Assembly (NCBI RefSeq): GCF_009914755.1
Contig: NC_060927.1
DNA: 64,000 nucleotides
Direction: 5' to 3' (one strand)
Source: the human T2T-CHM13v2.0 reference genome, Homo sapiens
Position 1 is the first letter of the stretch. Each line of letters begins with the position of its first letter. The notes under the pieces were generated by a model that saw nothing but the letters and a program-made list of their open reading frames with translations, had not been told where the DNA came from and did no database searches. Made by a program: the position numbers and the translations under genes. Shown piece after piece: positions 19,010-64,000 of the stretch.

Positions 19010-19300
19010 TTTATTATTTTTTAAATCACATAACATGACATTTTCCATTTTTAGTTGTGCTCTTCCAAGGCATAAATTACATCCACCTCGTTGTGCAGCT
19101 GTCACCACCATCCACCTCCAGAAATTTTTCATCTTCTCAAACTGAAACTCTGTCTCCATTAAACCCTAACTCCCTATATCCCCACTCCCAGCCCTTGGCA
19201 CCCACCATTCCATTTTCTGTCTCTATGAATTGACTACTCTAAGGACCCCATACAAGTGGAATCATAGTCTTTATCCTTGTGTATCTGGCTTGTTTCACTT
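19010..19300 (-). mobile_element. L1MB-like 3' end
   Basis: caccaccatccacctccagaaatttttcatcttctcaaactgaaactctg... Confidence 0.7.
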
Positions 19301-19387
19301 ACCTTGATTTTATTTTTAAAATTTATTATTTAAATTTAAAAAATAAATTAGTTTTTTATTTATTATTTAAATTTAAAAAATAAATTT

Positions 19388-19695
19388 GTTTATTTATTTA
19401 TTTATTTATTTTAGATAAGGTCTTGCTCTGTTGCCCAGGCTGAAGTGCGGTGGCACGATCATAGCTCAATGCAGCCTTGACCTCCTGGGCTTAAGTGATC
19501 CTCCTCCCTTAGCCTCCCAAGTAGCTGGGACTATAGGCACACACCATCATGCCTGGCTAATTTTTAAATTTTTTGTAGAGATGGAGTCTGGCTGTGTTTC
19601 CCAGGCTGGTCTTGAACTCCTGGCCTCAAGCAACCCTCCTGCTTCAGCCTCCCAAAATGCTGGTATTATAGGTGTGAGCCACTACATCTGGCCTG
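19388..19695 (-). mobile_element. AluJ-like
   Basis: (TTTA)n head and reverse Alu body. Confidence 0.88.
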
Positions 19696-22478
19696 GATCT
19701 ATTTTTAAAAGACTCTTTTAGTCTTTAGTCTTAGAGTTTTCTGATCATACTACCTTTTTCAGTACTGTCTTTGTTTGGGAGGAGAGCAGTTCAGGAAGTG
19801 TCCACATGGGCAGCAGGACAGAAACCATAGGGTCGCCCCTGACACCCCACTCCAGTTACCACCGTCCTGATGGCAGTCAGCAAGAGTTCCCTCCTTTTCC
19901 TTATAATTTTACCCCCGAACAATCTTGCTTCATTCTTCTCTGTTGTTGAGTCTCACATGAAAGGCTGTGTGCAGTATTCCCCTGTGACCTGCCTCTTTCC
20001 CTGGTGCAGTGTTGGTGTGCTCCTTGTGGGTTATTGCACGTGGTGGCAGTGAGGTGGCTGGCATCATGTGGTCACACTGCAGCCTATGGACCCTTTCTCT
20101 CATTTGTGGGCACTTGGAAACCACCTGGAGACCACCAGAATACTCAGGGTCGTGGGTGTGGCACCTTCTGCTTTACCAGGGGACAGTGAGTGGTTTTCCA
20201 GAGTGGACCTGCTCTGTGCCACTTGGCGTGGGAACAGCAGGGTTCCTGCTGGGCAAGGGTTGTGCTCACCCTGCTGCCAGGCCCGGAGCCCTGATGCTGT
20301 GAAGTCAACCGTGGCAGTGTGTTCTGAAGCTGGGATGTTGCTGGGCCATGTCACTGCCAACCCCAGGAGGCCAGAGAGAATCTCTGAGTTGAGGCTGGGC
20401 TGTCAGAGTGGGAGAGCACCTGCGTCTCTCTTTCCACAGTGCTGCTGAGAACCGGCAGGTGGGGAAGGCATTGCTCCCCCTCGGCCTGAGCTCCTGCAAA
20501 GCAGCAAAGTGGACAGAAATTGAGAATTCTCGAAAAGCCAGAGGAAAGAGGAGGCAGGGTAGGCGTGGCTGAAGGCTGCACCAGCTTCTACTGCTGAAGG
20601 GATGGTTGCTAATCCTTCCATGGATTTGTCTGCCCCTTTGTTAATTAACTTGGAAAGTAGTCACCAAGCGTCTTATATGTGCCAGGAGACAGGAGGCTGT
20701 GTTTACTGAGTACCAGCTATTTGCCATGCAATGAGTCTTACGTTCCCACTTGTGAAATTTGGGTGGGGAGAGTTACTTGCCCATTTTACAAGCAAGGAAA
20801 TGGAGGCTCAGAAGCCGAGTGACTCGCCCAAGTGCCCCAGCCAGTGAGTGGTAGCCCAACCACACACCTGTGCTTCCAGTGGTGGAAGGACATGCCTGTG
20901 CTCATCTTGTGACCCTGGTAGCATCTGCTACATAGAAGTGGTGTAAGGGGAGGTGGCCAGTAAGGATTTGCATTCTTCCTTGTCATTTCCCTAAGGCTGT
21001 GCCCCTGGGCTCCCTCTCTTAAACTCTTAGAACCTCTTTTTACGCCTCTGGGGCAGGGAGATCATCCCACCGACCTCTTGTTGTTGATGTGAGCTTTACA
21101 TGAGATGATATACACCAAGAGCCTGAAGTATTTCACCCAGCCCCAGATTTTACCAGGGACCTGGTCTGTGCTGTGTGCTGGGCACTGGAGACCCTGAAAT
21201 GATTAGGCTGATTCTTGGCCCATGAGACCCTCCCAATCTGGTGATTGGGACAGCCTGCCACCCGACAGGGACATCATGGTCGAAGGACATGAGTGAAGTC
21301 AGAGGAGGGAGCTGCTTTTCCTGGGTGCTAGACAGAGCCTGCTGGACGCACAGACAGGCAGGGAGTCACATTTGGACTGGCTCATGAGGGATGGGTAGTT
21401 GGATACTCGCCAGTTGGCCAAGGTAGAAGAAGGGCATCCTAGCATGGAACAGCGTGTGCAAAGGCGTAGAACAAGAGAAGGTGTATGTGGCTGGGAGCTG
21501 AGTCTGGGCTGTGCTGTGAAGGCCCTGAGTCTCACTCCAGAGAGAGGCACTTTATCCTGTGGGGCAGTGGCTTTTCTGTGGGATCTGTGGAGCCCCAAGG
21601 CTCCCCAAGATGACTCAGGGATGTGGAAGGCCAGGGCATTGTGAGGACGACCAGGTAAGATGATGTGATGAGGGTTGAGTAGGAGTTAGTTTAGATATGG
21701 AAGTTAGGGAGACCCTCTCTGAGGAGGAGAGACCCCCAGAAAGAGAAGGAGCCTGTCCCATAGAGAGTGGGGGCAGCAGATGGCACAGGGAGAGGTGGAA
21801 GATTCCAGGCAGGCAGCATGGCAAATGCCAAGGCCTTGGGGCAGGACTGAGTCTGAGGAGCTCCTGAGTAGAGAGAGTGAGTGGGAGAGTGAGTCAGAGA
21901 AAGGAGGTCAGGAGGGCAAGTGGGCAGGACCCCACCGTGTAGGACTTTGTAAGGAAAGTGGAGACCACGGGGGGTCATAGGCGCAGGAGTGATCCAATCT
22001 GATTTGTATTTGTGGACAGTCATTCTATAGCCCTGTGGGTGATGGGCTGGAGGGTGACAGAAGTGGAAGCAAGGAGGGCAGGAGGGGGTGGTGGAGGAGG
22101 GGGTGGCTGGTGGACTGAGATGCCTTTGGAGGTGGCCCTGTGAGTGATAGACTGGAGGGAGGCGGGGTATGAGGGATTGGCCTGGGAGCGTCCTGAGGAT
22201 GGTAGGGCCTTTGTTGACATAGGAAGACCCAGGGAGGGGGTGGCTTGGGAAAATCCGGAGCTGAGCAAATTCCAGCTGGGGAAGTGCCAGGGAGACATCT
22301 GGGGTGGTTTCTTGGCCAGCTGTGGGCATGTGCATGTGACATGGGGGGCGGGGGCAAGAGGAAGGTGGCATTGGAAGCTTAGAGATGAGATCAGCCAGGC
22401 CAGCGTGTGTTGGAGAAGAGAAGAAGCCCCAGGGTTGAGACTCCAAAAGTCTGGTGCTCAGGAAGTTAAAAAACACGA

Positions 22479-22479
22479 C

Positions 22480-22514
<35 letters not shown>

Positions 22515-22545
22515 GAGAGAGAGCGATAGAGAGAGAGAGAGAGCG
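22479..22545. repeat. (GA)n microsatellite
   Basis: Interrupted GA run. Confidence 0.95.
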
Positions 22546-23079
22546 CCAGGCAGGGGCTAGGGGACCTGTGAGAGGTGGTCTCAGAAGGAGACCTAGAGGA
22601 GAGGAGGTGACTGCTGGGCGGAGCCTTGGAGAATCAGGGTGGAGGGCGGGGGCCTCTGGACATGAGATGAGGGTACTCACTCATCGTGCTGGGCTTTGCC
22701 TGGCTCTGCCTCCCACATTTTGGATGGCACCTGGCAATGCTACTCATGGCACCTGCACAATTTCCCCTCCTGCTGCAACTGGGTGGCCCTCCCAGCATAA
22801 GGGTCACAGCTCCTGAGCTTTGTTTGAGAAGGAAGGTGGCCAGGAGAGAATGGGGGGAATCCTGGCACCTGATCAAGGAGGAGCAGGCAGAGAGCGCCAT
22901 TCAACACCCACGAAAGCAGAGCCACCTCTCGAGCTGGTGATGGTTAGAGTCCCAGAGACGACCTTCAGGATCGGCTGCATTAGGTCACCTGTGCAACAGA
23001 CATGGGGACGCTCAGGCCTGGAGAAGGGAGAGTAAGAGGGGAAATTGAAGCTTACGACTTCTTTTTTAATTTTGTACAC

Positions 23080-23446
<367 letters not shown>

Positions 23447-24266
23447 TCAGGGTGTTGAGGGTGTCCATCACCTGACTACCGTGCATTTTTGTTAAGGGTA
23501 GTCACTCTGCTTGGGATTTCTAACTCCCCAGCTCATCTGTGAAATAGGAATGCTGACAGTTCTCACTCTTAGTAACTGTGAGGTTCCTGTGCTGGGACCC
23601 TGCCTGGCTGGTTGCTAGCGCTGCTATATTTCAGCTGTTACTGTTATCCTCATTGGGCATCCCACTGATGTCATCTGGCTAAGAGCCAGGGACCATAATC
23701 TCTGTAAGGCAATCTTGGAAGAGGTTTAGGGAGGAAGGATTCGGTCCTGTAGAAAAATGTTGTGAATCTGAGCTGTGCAGAAGAGAGGATAAGCCGCCTG
23801 GGCAGAGTTGCCTCCTGTCACCAGAAGTATTCAGATAAGGAGAGTCTCCCACATGCCCAGAGTGTAACAAGAGGGGACGAGACATTGAATGGTGGCGTCA
23901 CTCTCAGTGGCCACAGAGACTGAAGTCAGGACTCTGGCATCCTGGGAGGTGGAGGCAGGACTCTGCCTGGCACCTTGTGCTCCTGAGTCCTGGGACAGAC
24001 ATGTCTGAGCCATGTTCCATTCAGATGGTGAGCACTGATCCCGGCCTCCGACACAGCACCTCTCAGTTGCCCAGGGTCTCCTAGATTCATTCAGCAAATA
24101 CTCATTGAACACCCACCATGTGCCAGGGGGCTGAGATATGGCTATGAGGAAGATAGATAAGAGACCCTACCCTCTGGGAGCTGACATTGCAAAGGAGGAA
24201 ACAGAGGACTGAGAAAGTAAACTCATCCACAAGAGGCTCTCACAGTGCTGACTGCTGTGAGAGGGT

Positions 24267-24540
24267 TATTTATTTGTTTCTTTGAGACAAGGTCTTTGTC
24301 ACCCAAGTTGAAGTGCAGTGGCACAAGCATGGCTCACTGAAGCCTCCATCTTCTGGGCTCAAGCAATCCCTTCCCCTCAGGCTCCTGAATAGCTGGAAAT
24401 GCAGGCATGTACCACCATGCCTGGTTAAATTTTTTCTTTTTAAGAGACAGTCACACTATGTTTCTCAGGCTGGTCTCAAACTACTGGCCTCAAGTGATCC
24501 TCCTGCTTCAGCCTCCCAGAGTTCTGGGATTACAGGCTAT
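24267..24540 (-). mobile_element. AluJ-like
   Basis: Diverged reverse Alu. Confidence 0.82.
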
Positions 24541-25293
24541 GGATTTTATTTCTGAAGAAGATTCTCTTTTTTCTAAAATTATCTCTGTAAATTTTATTCT
24601 AATGCTGCCTTTATAGATTTGGAAGTTACTTTCGTGTATGGTGTGATGTGGGTCCCAGCATCATAAATTCTTTCCCTGCAAAGTTTGAATGCCTCCTTCA
24701 TCATATATTCAATTCCCGTATGCTCATAGGTCTGTTTCTGAAGTCTTTTCTCTTCCATTGAGCGCCTTGTCTTCTTGTTTTAATTATTAGAACTTTGAAG
24801 TGTATTCTGATACCGTTAGAGAAAGTCTACCTTCTCTGTTCTTATTTTTCAGAAATGTTCTCGGGTATTCTTAAGCATTTCGTTTTTTGGATGAATTTTA
24901 GAATTAACACGACAAATTCTGTGACAGTTACACTTTGCTTTGGTTGGAATCGCATTGAAGTTGTAGAGTAAGTAGAGGAGAATTGACATCTTTAAGGTAC
25001 ATATTAGATACATGGTATGTATTTTGAATAAAGTGTATGTTATACCCATTAGACAATCAAATTTTCGTCTTCATGTGAATCAAGCATGTTCACTGTAGAT
25101 TTATTTCTAGGTTTGTTTCTCTTTTGAATGGGAATTTTTCCCTATTAACTTTTCTATTTAATTGTTATGGGGGTATAGGAAAGCCACTAATTTGAGTGTG
25201 TTGTTTTTGTTTTTGGCTATTGTATTATAGTCATTATTGTTAATTGTATTAATTCTAATACTTTGTGAGTTTTGAGTCTCTTGGATTGTCTAG

Positions 25294-25674
<381 letters not shown>

Positions 25675-25689
25675 TCCTTTTTTCTTTCT

Positions 25690-27028
25690 TTTTTTTTAAG
25701 TTTTTTTTTTTAAATTATACTTTAAGTTCTAGGGTACATGTGCATAATGTGCAGGTTTGTTACATATGTATACATGTGCCATGTTGGTGTGCTGCACCTG
25801 TTAACTTGTCATTTACATTAGGTATTTCTCCTAATGCTATCCTTCCCCCCTCCCCCGACCCCACGACAGGCCCCAGTGTGTGATGTTCCCCATCCTGTGT
25901 CCAAGTGTGCTCATTGTTCAATTCCCACCTATGAGTGAGAACATGCAGTGTTGGTTTTCTGTCCTTGCAATAGTTTGCTCAGAATGATGGTTTCCAGCTT
26001 CATCCATGTCCCTACAAAGGACATGAACTCATCCTTTTTTATGGCTGCATAGTAGTCCCTGGTGTATATGTGCCACATTTTCTTAATCCAGTCTATCATT
26101 GATGGACGTTTGGGTTGGTTCCAAGTCTTTGCTATTGTGAATAGTGCTGCAATAAATATACGTGTGCATGTGTCTTTATAGCAGCATGATTTATAATCCT
26201 TTGGGTATATACCCAGTAATGGGATGGCTGGGTCAAATGGTATTTCTAGTTCTAGATCCCTGAGCAATCGCCATACTGTCTTCCACAATGGTTGAACTAG
26301 TTTACAGTCCCACCAACAGTGTAAAAGCGTTCCTATTTCTCCACATCCTCTCCAGCACCTGTTGTTTCCTGACTTTTTAATGATCACCATTCTGACTGGT
26401 GTGAGATGGTATTTCATTGTGGTTTTGATTTGCATTTCTCTGATGGCCAGTGATGATGAGCATTTTTTCATGTGTCTGTTGGCTGCATAAATGTCTTCTT
26501 TTGAGAAGTGTCTGTTCATATCCTTCGCCCACTTTTTGATGGGGTTGTTTGATTTTTTCTTGTAAATTTAAGTTCTTTGTAGATTCTGGATATTAGCCCT
26601 TTGTCAGATGGGTAGATTGCAAAAATTTTCTCCCATTCTGTAGGTTCCCTGTTCACTCTGATGGTAGTTTCTTTTGCTGTGCAGAAGCTCTTTAGTTTAA
26701 TTAGATCCCATTTGTCAATTTTGGCTTTTGTTACCCTTGCTTTTGGTGTTTTAGACATGAAGTCCTTGCCCATGCCTATGTCCTGAATGGTATTGCCTAG
26801 GTTTTCTTCTAGGGTTTTTATGGTTTTAGGTCTAACATTTAAGTATTTAATCCATCTTGAATTAATTTTTGTATAAGGTGTAAGGAAGGGATCCAGTTTC
26901 AGCTTTCTACATATGGCTAGCCAGTTTTCCCAGCACCGTTTATTAAATAGGGAATCGTTTTCCCATTTCTTGTTTTTGTCAGGTTTGTCAAAGATCAGAT
27001 GGTTGTAGATGTGTGGTATTATTTCTGA
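25690..27028 (-). mobile_element. 5'-truncated L1PA (about 1.3 kb) with frameshifted ORF2p C-terminus
   Basis: ORFs 26516-26773 and 25929-26519 give L1 ORF2p sequence ([11 protein letters not shown]..., [18 protein letters not shown]); L1PA 3' UTR; TSD ggcctccttttttctt. Confidence 0.95.
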
Positions 27029-28386
27029 GCCGGCCTCCTTTTTTCTTGTTTTACTGCATTTGCTAGTATCTCCAGGACAATGCTATATAGTAGCATGGCC
27101 CGTGGGCATTATTTTTGTAATATTTAATAATTCAGTGGGGGATGTGTCTAATGTTCCCCCATTGAGTATGATGTTTGCTATGTGCTTCTGGTAGACACCA
27201 GTTCTCATTTCTCTCAGTGCCTCAGAGCAGAACAGTAACAGGTTGTGATGGAAGCTGTTTTCCCTGTTTTACAGAAAAGGAATGAAAACTTAGGAAAGCT
27301 TGGTAACTTGCCGTGCCTGCTAAGGCAACGCAGCCGATGACCCTCAGTGAGCTCTTGCTCCGGTTGGAGTGTGCAGGTGCCGTCCTTCACGGCATCTATC
27401 CCTCAGCCCTGTGCCCTTACGTGAACTGCTCAGGACATTTAGAGGGCTTTGTGGGCCTTAGCACCTACACAGCCATTCAGTCCTCATACAGAGAAGGACA
27501 CTGAGTCTGGAGGGAGGAGAAGCGGCTGTCAGTGGTAACGCTGAGATGTGGACCCAGGCCCATCAGGCTCAGAGGCACTCATCTGTTACTTGTTGCCCTC
27601 AGCACGAATGTCTAGGCATTCTGTATAAACTTGACTTAGGAATGTCACTTTAGACCTCAGGGGCAAACGCTTGGGTTAATTACACGTCTCATTTCTTGGC
27701 ATGGCTCTTATTATCCTCTTTGCAAGGCTCTTGTTTTATTTATTTATTAATATTTTATTTCCTTTCATCTTCTTTCTCCACTCCCATCCACCACCTCCAT
27801 CTGCATAGCTGACAGTTTCATCTCATCAGTGTGTTTTTTGCTGTCATGTGTTCTTGCAAAGTATGCATTGTTATTTTATGTGTGATAGTTTAAATTTGTA
27901 TAGTAGAACTGATTTGGCTTCTTCCTTTTCTCCCTTAGTGCTGTGTTCCTCCACACTTCTGTGTGTTGGTGTGTCCAGCTCATGCTGCTGTGTGTGTATC
28001 CAGTCTATTGTTTCTGACAGCTCCTGCATGTAGCATGGCCCCAGATTTTCCTCATCTTCCCCCCCAGTGATGGACACCCAGGCTGTCCGCAACCCCTTTC
28101 CACAAATAACACTTGACATGGGCATCCTTGTACTGGTTGTGTTACGGGCTGTCGTGAGGACTTCCCTGGCACAGACACCAGGAGCAGAGCGTCTGGGTCC
28201 TTGATGTTGCGTGTGCTTAACTGTATAAGTGGTGCCACATCTCTCCAGCTGGCCGCAGTCTCCTCTCCCACCCTAGACACATGGACATGCAGCAGTGTAG
28301 AGGAATACAGCACTAAGGGAGAAAAGGGGGTCCCCACCTCTGTGTGGCATTTCTCACTCTTACTCATATTTCTAGTTTAATGGATA

Positions 28387-28662
28387 TTTTATTATTATTT
28401 TTTGAGGCAGAGTCTCATTCTGTCACCCAGGCTGGAGTGCAGTGGCTCCATCTCAGCTCACTGCAACCTCCAACCCCCCTCCCCATCCCTGGGCTCAAGC
28501 CATCCTCCCACCCCAGCTTCCCGAGTAGCTAGGCTAACTTTTTGTGGAGTTGGAGTTTCGCCATGTTGTCCAGGCTGGTCTCGAACTCCTGAGCTCAAGT
28601 GATGAACCCACCTTAGCCTCCCAAAATGCTGGGATACAGGCGTGAACCACCACATCTGGCCT
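28387..28662 (-). mobile_element. AluJ-like with internal deletion
   Basis: Reverse Alu lacking part of the right arm and linker. Confidence 0.8.
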
Positions 28663-29121
28663 AAGGAGTATTTTACTTTGGAGTTCTTTTTTCTCTTGTT
28701 AATTTTCAGGAGTTTATTATGTTTTGTAGATGGCAATTCCTTGTCAGTTTTGGACATTCCAGAAACATTTCTTAATATGTCAGCAGTCTATTATATGTGT
28801 ACATGGAGTTCTTTGTTATACATATTGGAATTTTGAGGTAATCAAATTCATTAATTTTTGTAACCTATAGCCTGTGCCTTTGAGTTTTAAGACATTCTCC
28901 CCTACCTTTGACTCCTTCCAGCCTCCCCAGTCACAAATACAGTTGAACCTTGAACAACTCAGGAGTGAGGGGTGCTGACCCGACTAACAGTCAAGAATCC
29001 ACATGTAACTTTTGACTCCTCAAAAACTTAACTAATAGCTGACTGTTGACAGGAAGCCTTACTGATAGCACAAATAGTCAATTAACACATATTTTATATG
29101 TTATATATATTATATACTGTA

Positions 29122-29414
<293 letters not shown>

Positions 29415-29416
29415 GA

Positions 29417-29747
<331 letters not shown>

Positions 29748-30524
29748 TGTATTCTGTATTCTTAAAGTAAGCTTGAGAAAAAAAAAATGTTATTAAGAAA
29801 ATCATAAGAGAAAATATGTTTACTATTCATGCAGTGGAAGTGGACCATCATAAAGGTCTTCATCCTCACTGTCTTCAGGCTGAGTAGGCTTAGGAGGGGG
29901 AGGAGGAGGAGGGGCTGGTCTTGCTGTCTTAGGGGTTGCAGAGGTGGAAGAAACTGCTGTGTTGTTCCAGGGGTCAAGTGTGTATTCAACATAAAACTTC
30001 CGTGAATTTCCTGGATGAGCTTAAACTTCCCTTGCTGCCACTGCTGCTGTTTTCGTATCTCTTGCCCTGTCTTAGCATCTTAGGTTGGGTTCCTTAGAAG
30101 CAGAGCCTGAGTTGGGGGGTCTTGTGCATGTGTTGGTTCATTTGGGGAGACCTCTCAGGAGAAACTCTGAGGAGTGAGGGATGAGAGGTGGACAAAGCTG
30201 TGGCCCACGTGAGGTCTGACCCTGTGGGAGCTCTAGAGTGTGAGTGGCCCCCATAGAACTGGCTGCTTTGAGAGTGGGGGCTGAGCTCTGGCCCCATGTT
30301 AACCTGTTATGGGCTGGGCTCCTCCCAGCCCCCATAGGGAGGACTCCACCTCGCAGACAGTTCACCAAAGACAGTTGTGTTGTGAGCTGTTAGCGACCAG
30401 CATGCACAGCAGCAGGGGTGGATGAGTTTGCCTGCCCAGTAAAGGAGACCTGGACAGGCCCCTGCATATCTGCTGGACTTGGTGACTTATGAATGGTGAC
30501 TCTGCCTCATGTTGCTATCCACAG

Positions 30525-60399
<29,875 letters not shown>

Positions 60400-60890
60400 G
60401 GTGCCAGCACGGGCCACCTGCGGGTGTGGCGCAGCCCAGGGCTCACACTGCGTGGGAGGGACTGGGTCACTATTGTGGTTTTTACTATAACTTTGTAAAT
60501 TAACTTAATTTTGCTGACTTGACTCCTGTGGCTTCTGGACCCCTCCTCTGCCCCGCAGGAGGAAGTTCCACGGCAGGTGGTGCGTTCCCACGCAGGCACC
60601 AAGTGGAAGCTTGCACGGTGGGCCACGGCCGTGGCGGGTGCCCTGTGGGTGAGGCTGGGTGATGACCAGAGGACAAGAGACACGCGAACATGTTGGGGCT
60701 CTTGGACTCCTCTGGATGACCCGTCCCCAAAGTTGACATTCCATTTCATGTTCCACTGTGATTAATTCTTTTCTTTTTTAAAAAATCATTTTAAAGTTTT
60801 TTGTTTAATTATAAAGTAGTACATGTACATTATAAAAAAAAGTTCAACTAGTATGAAAGGGTTATAAAGTAACAGAGGAAAACGCCTCTT
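60400..60890 (+). other. FBLN2: FBLN2 3' UTR (end approximate)
   Basis: Follows the stop codon. An AU-rich block at 60760-60910 has three TATAAA hexamers and a downstream U-rich tract. Confidence 0.7.
60810..60868 (+). terminator. Candidate non-canonical polyadenylation signals (TATAAA x3)
   Basis: TATAAA at 60810, 60831 and 60863; TGTA at 60824; U-rich ccctttacttttgt downstream. No AATAAA seen nearby. Confidence 0.55.
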
Positions 60891-62264
60891 GGTCCCTTTA
60901 CTTTTGTAAAGTGTTCAGAGTTTGACAACGTTGTCCAGATGTCACAGGGCTCTATGGCCTGGCCAGCATGTCAATTCATTGATGAAGACCTTGATGTCCT
61001 TCTCAACGAGCCCCGAACCTGAAGTTCACTTTGGGATGAGGGCACCCCAGTGTGATCAGTCACTGACCAGGCTCTTTATTCTGCTTTTACCACTTCAGCT
61101 TTCCCTCCTCCTTCCTCCTCCCTCCTCCCTCCTCTGCCTTCCCCCCATGAAGACCTCCACTGATGGCCTGTCACTTGGATGTTGTCCAGAACTTGTCCTG
61201 GCCCCTGTTGCTGAGCTGTCAGGTCAGGCAGTAGACCTGGGCAGGAGCCTGAAGGAACCTGGGAAACTGAGGCCCTGAGAGCGGAAGCGATGTGCCCCCA
61301 GCCCACAGCGAGCATCAGAGCAGGTGTCGGGACCCAGCTCTGATGACCCTGCTCGGGCTCCGTGGGTCTAGAGTTAAATATAGGGGGCGGCAGCCAGCAC
61401 TTTTAAAATGACGTAGAATAGAGCAGATGAGATATGAGTGCTTCACACCCTGTAAAGAGAAGAACTGCTTCACCAAACCACAGTACATGGGGCGTGTGCA
61501 CCTATGCGTGGGCACGCTAGCTCTGGCTTTTGGTAGAAAGTGTTTCTCACTGTGGGTGGAGGGAAGCAGGCCTGTCGGGGCGCGCTGGGCAGCACATGCC
61601 CTGTGTGAAGGGGGCGCCTACACTTGGCTCCAGCAAGGCCGCCTTCTGGGCGCGTGGCCCGGGATGGCCAGATGTTCTCATTCCTCAACACAAACTCTCT
61701 CAGTGTTAAGAGGTGGCGACTTGCTCAGGCTTCTAAAGGACAGGTGTTTGGGAGCCTCTTGCCGGAAGCCTGCGGTGGGGGCCCTCTGTCCCTGCTCCTC
61801 GCCGGCCCCCATCCCCAAGGGTGCAGCAGAAGCCAGGTTTTCCCTGTCCCTGTCCGGGCTGTCTCTGTTCCTTCTATTTTGCTGATTTTCAGAAAAACTA
61901 GATCCGGCACCTTTGTGGTGCACAGTCCCCACCAGCAGGAACCAGTAGGTGACAGGCTCCATTCAACAGGACAGGCAGGTTAGGGACACCCCTGGCTGGC
62001 AGCAGCCGTTCCTGCTCCTACCCAGCCCCGGTTACTCCTTCTGGGACCTCAGGCAAGTGACTTCGCCTCCCCTCACTGGTCTCCCCTGTGAACAGGGGCT
62101 CCAGCTGTTCTTCCTGCACAGGCCATCGAGCCAGTAAAATGAACTTGGCACCCAGCGCATCCATACGGAGGGTCTTGGAGAACAACTTCTCTTCGGACCT
62201 TAGAGTTTCTAAGGTGATTCTAGAATTCCATGCCGGCAAGTTTGGCAAACTGCAGCTTCAGGGA

Positions 62265-62560
62265 ATAGCCCCTACAAGACTACCCTCACTGCAGACCAAG
62301 AACTGCACACCAGAAACAAGCTCAGGCATCCCTAGGACCACCCTCACGTCTGAGCAATGGGCTACAGGTTTGGGGGTCCTTACATCCACCCTCAGGCTCA
62401 TTAATTCACCTGCATGACTCAGACAGTTTATGGTGAAAGGAAGCAGGTTAAAGTCATTGATGAATTCTAGAGCAGAGTCCAGGAGAGCCCAGTCACGGAG
62501 CTCCCGTGTCCTCAGGATGCAGCACAACAGAATAGAGCTGAACAGGGCACCTTTGGGGTC
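62265..62560 (-). mobile_element. MER21-like LTR remnant
   Basis: acaagactaccctcactgcagac...gggggtcc...accctcagg...gtgaaaggaagcaggttaaagtc...gcagagtccaggagag. Confidence 0.45.
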
Positions 62561-63285
62561 CAGGTGTGTCTGGGAGCTTGACCACCTGGCTGTCAGCGTG
62601 GCTGGCCCTAAGTCTCCAGTCCCTCGCAGAGGTCAGAACTGAGGCAGCAAAGCCCCTGAAAACGCTGGTACTCCAGTGCCAGCCAGGACGTTCTGGGGGC
62701 CGAGAGCTCACCCTGCAGGCCACCCCCGGCCCCGGCCCCAGCGTTCTCGCAGTGGAATAGTCACGTTTGTCTGGGCAGCTCCTTCAGCGTTGCCTGCTTC
62801 CTCCCTTGCGGCAGGGCTGCCCGTGCCTATGAAGCATGTAAAGACCCACCGTGTGCAGGCGTTAGCCCGGGGTTGGCTCCACCTAGCTCTTCCGCAGGTG
62901 TCATTCTCCATCGTTGCTACATCCTGAGGAGGCTGGAACTCAGGGTTTCAATACATTTGCCATCACCATCAACGTTATAACCTTATCAACCGTGCCAGGT
63001 AGGACCATATTGCAGTCTGGTGGATGTCACCTAAAAAGGAAGACCGGAGTCCCACTCAGTCATAGCAGTTTATCTAGTCCATCACCACATCAGATCAGCA
63101 GATGTCCCCCAGGGCGAGGCCACTCAGGTTTGCAGGCTGCCATTCGACCTTGTCAAGTTCCAAAAGCAGAGGCGGCCTTGGCGTCACCCTTTCAGGCATC
63201 TGGTGTAGTTGAGCTGAGACGATGCCCTCCACGCCGCTCTTAAGGTAGTACTGTAATGTAGGATTCACGTAAAATTGGATTTCCC

Positions 63286-63630
<345 letters not shown>

Positions 63631-64000
63631 TTACCCTCAGCTCCGGTTCCTCCTTTTCTCCATTTGTATCCAGGTATTTCCACCTTTGGAAGGGCCATGA
63701 GGTTCGGCCATGCTGTTGGGCCGGATTGTCAGAAGCAATGCCAGCCTAGCAAGTGCCTCCCTGACAGTCCACTCCGGTTGGTGTAGGATGGGGCTTCACA
63801 GGTGTAGAACTAGTGGGCTGTCTCCACCACCAGGCAATGTGCCTGCCCTCACTAGCAGCCCTGATTTTTCCGGATGGGGTGAAGGCACCATCCACTCCAT
63901 CAGCCCTCAGGAGCTCTGGCATGAAGCTTTGGAGCTAGAGGTGCACCCTCCTGCCTAGGAGTCATTGCTACCTCAGCACTTGCAGCTGCAGCCCTGGTTC

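Noticed and set aside
21691-22680. 329-aa minus-strand ORF
   Set aside because: It spans a (GA)n tract and decayed L2-like sequence, with no recognisable domain.
25929-26773. 196-aa and 85-aa ORFs with a CCHC-like motif
   Set aside because: Frameshifted L1 ORF2p C-terminus of a truncated L1PA, not a host gene.

Overview
This is primate, most likely human, genomic DNA carrying the 3' two-thirds of FBLN2 (fibulin-2) on the + strand. About 30 kb of repeat-rich intron 2 is followed by 16 coding exons (exons 3-18 by my numbering, 30525-60399). They splice into one 2390-nt frame encoding 3 anaphylatoxin-like modules, 11 EGF-like modules and the fibulin C-terminal domain, followed by a ~0.5-kb 3' UTR. 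Exons 1-2 lie upstream of the window. Notable points: a box H/ACA snoRNA-like RNA in intron 6 (matches my recollection of SNORA93); a GC-AG intron with an adjacent G-quadruplex and an exonic decoy GT donor; the 47-codon cassette exon 9; no AATAAA at the 3' end; and two large (CCAT)n/YCAY arrays bracketing intron 5. Insertion archaeology includes three cases of serial retroelement insertion at one target site, a templated composite insertion, a 55-bp inverted duplication, a Tigger3 carrying five nested elements and a 28-kb Alu-free zone. I found no convincing new multi-gene system. Almost all ORF-track entries are non-coding artefacts. Repeat family names are by eye and need RepeatMasker confirmation.
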